DNA of 38,757 nt from a virus, in IMG/VR virus record IMGVR_UViG_3300027037_000001; one strand, given 5' to 3'. Both the position numbers and the translations under genes were made by a program. Below are positions 38,749 through 38,757 of the stretch, one piece after another; positions within the stretch are counted from its first letter, which is position 1, and every line of letters starts with the position of its first letter. The notes under the pieces are model-generated. The model had not been told where the DNA came from and searched no databases. It saw nothing but the letters and a program-made list of their open reading frames with translations.

Positions 38749-38757
38749 GCCACCTGC
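38654..38757 (+). CDS. o-spanin, 5' part (continues at position 100 of the window after removing the 99-bp overlap; full length 89 aa)
   Basis: A GAGG RBS lies 6 nt before ATG 38654. The product starts MTSKPKYGLSLLALPFLILALISC, with a lipobox Cys at residue 24. It is in the +1 frame inside the i-spanin 3' end, which is the overlapped spanin architecture. Confidence 0.75.
   Translation, partial: MTSKPKYGLSLLALPFLILALISCTIPGQGTKPP
38659..38757. repeat. Terminal direct overlap, copy 2 (identical to 1..99)
   Basis: See the entry for 1..99. Confidence 0.95.

Overview
The window is a complete, circularly closed podovirus-like phage genome from a Gram-negative host. Bases 1..99 are identical to 38659..38757, so the unique length is about 38,658 bp.

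Gene layout:
- A leftward early operon (402..4170, minus strand) carries a Red-beta/RecT-type annealase, a PD-(D/E)XK exonuclease and many small genes.
- A divergent control region lies at 4171..4301.
- A long rightward operon follows (4302..16000). It encodes a Cro/YdaS-like HTH protein, an SF2 helicase, a VRR-NUC nuclease, a MazG-like protein, an orphan C5 cytosine methyltransferase, a mini-SSB and a Toprim/DUF3987 primase-helicase, plus about 35 tiny genes chained by ATGA-type overlaps.
- An AT-rich, repeat-dense region at 15907..16320 looks like an origin and/or operator region.
- The late module follows: TerS, TerL, portal, scaffold, major capsid, decoration protein, adaptor/nozzle-like proteins, internal virion proteins (one with an SLT domain) and a tail fibre with an S74 chaperone domain.
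- The lysis cassette comes last: holin, GH104 lambda-R-like endolysin and overlapped i-/o-spanins. The o-spanin runs across the contig junction.

I could not recognise a DNA polymerase, RNA polymerase, integrase, CI-type repressor, tRNA, CRISPR array or reverse transcriptase.

The most unusual element is an early gene (3398..3883, minus strand). Its product ends in 53 uninterrupted Gly-X dipeptides, with X only Tyr, Asp or Asn. These are encoded by a hexanucleotide array that varies at essentially one base per unit.

Other items worth follow-up:
- a GNAT acetyltransferase embedded among virion and ejection genes;
- a recurring GGTGCA/TGCACC motif family in four intergenic control regions;
- a low-GC island inside the recombination operon, containing tandem paralogues;
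- split DnaJ-type zinc-finger mini-proteins;
- a family of small beta-rich proteins between TerL and portal;
- a possible antisense membrane micro-gene in the only gap of the tail operon.

All functional calls come from motif recognition by eye. No database search was run.
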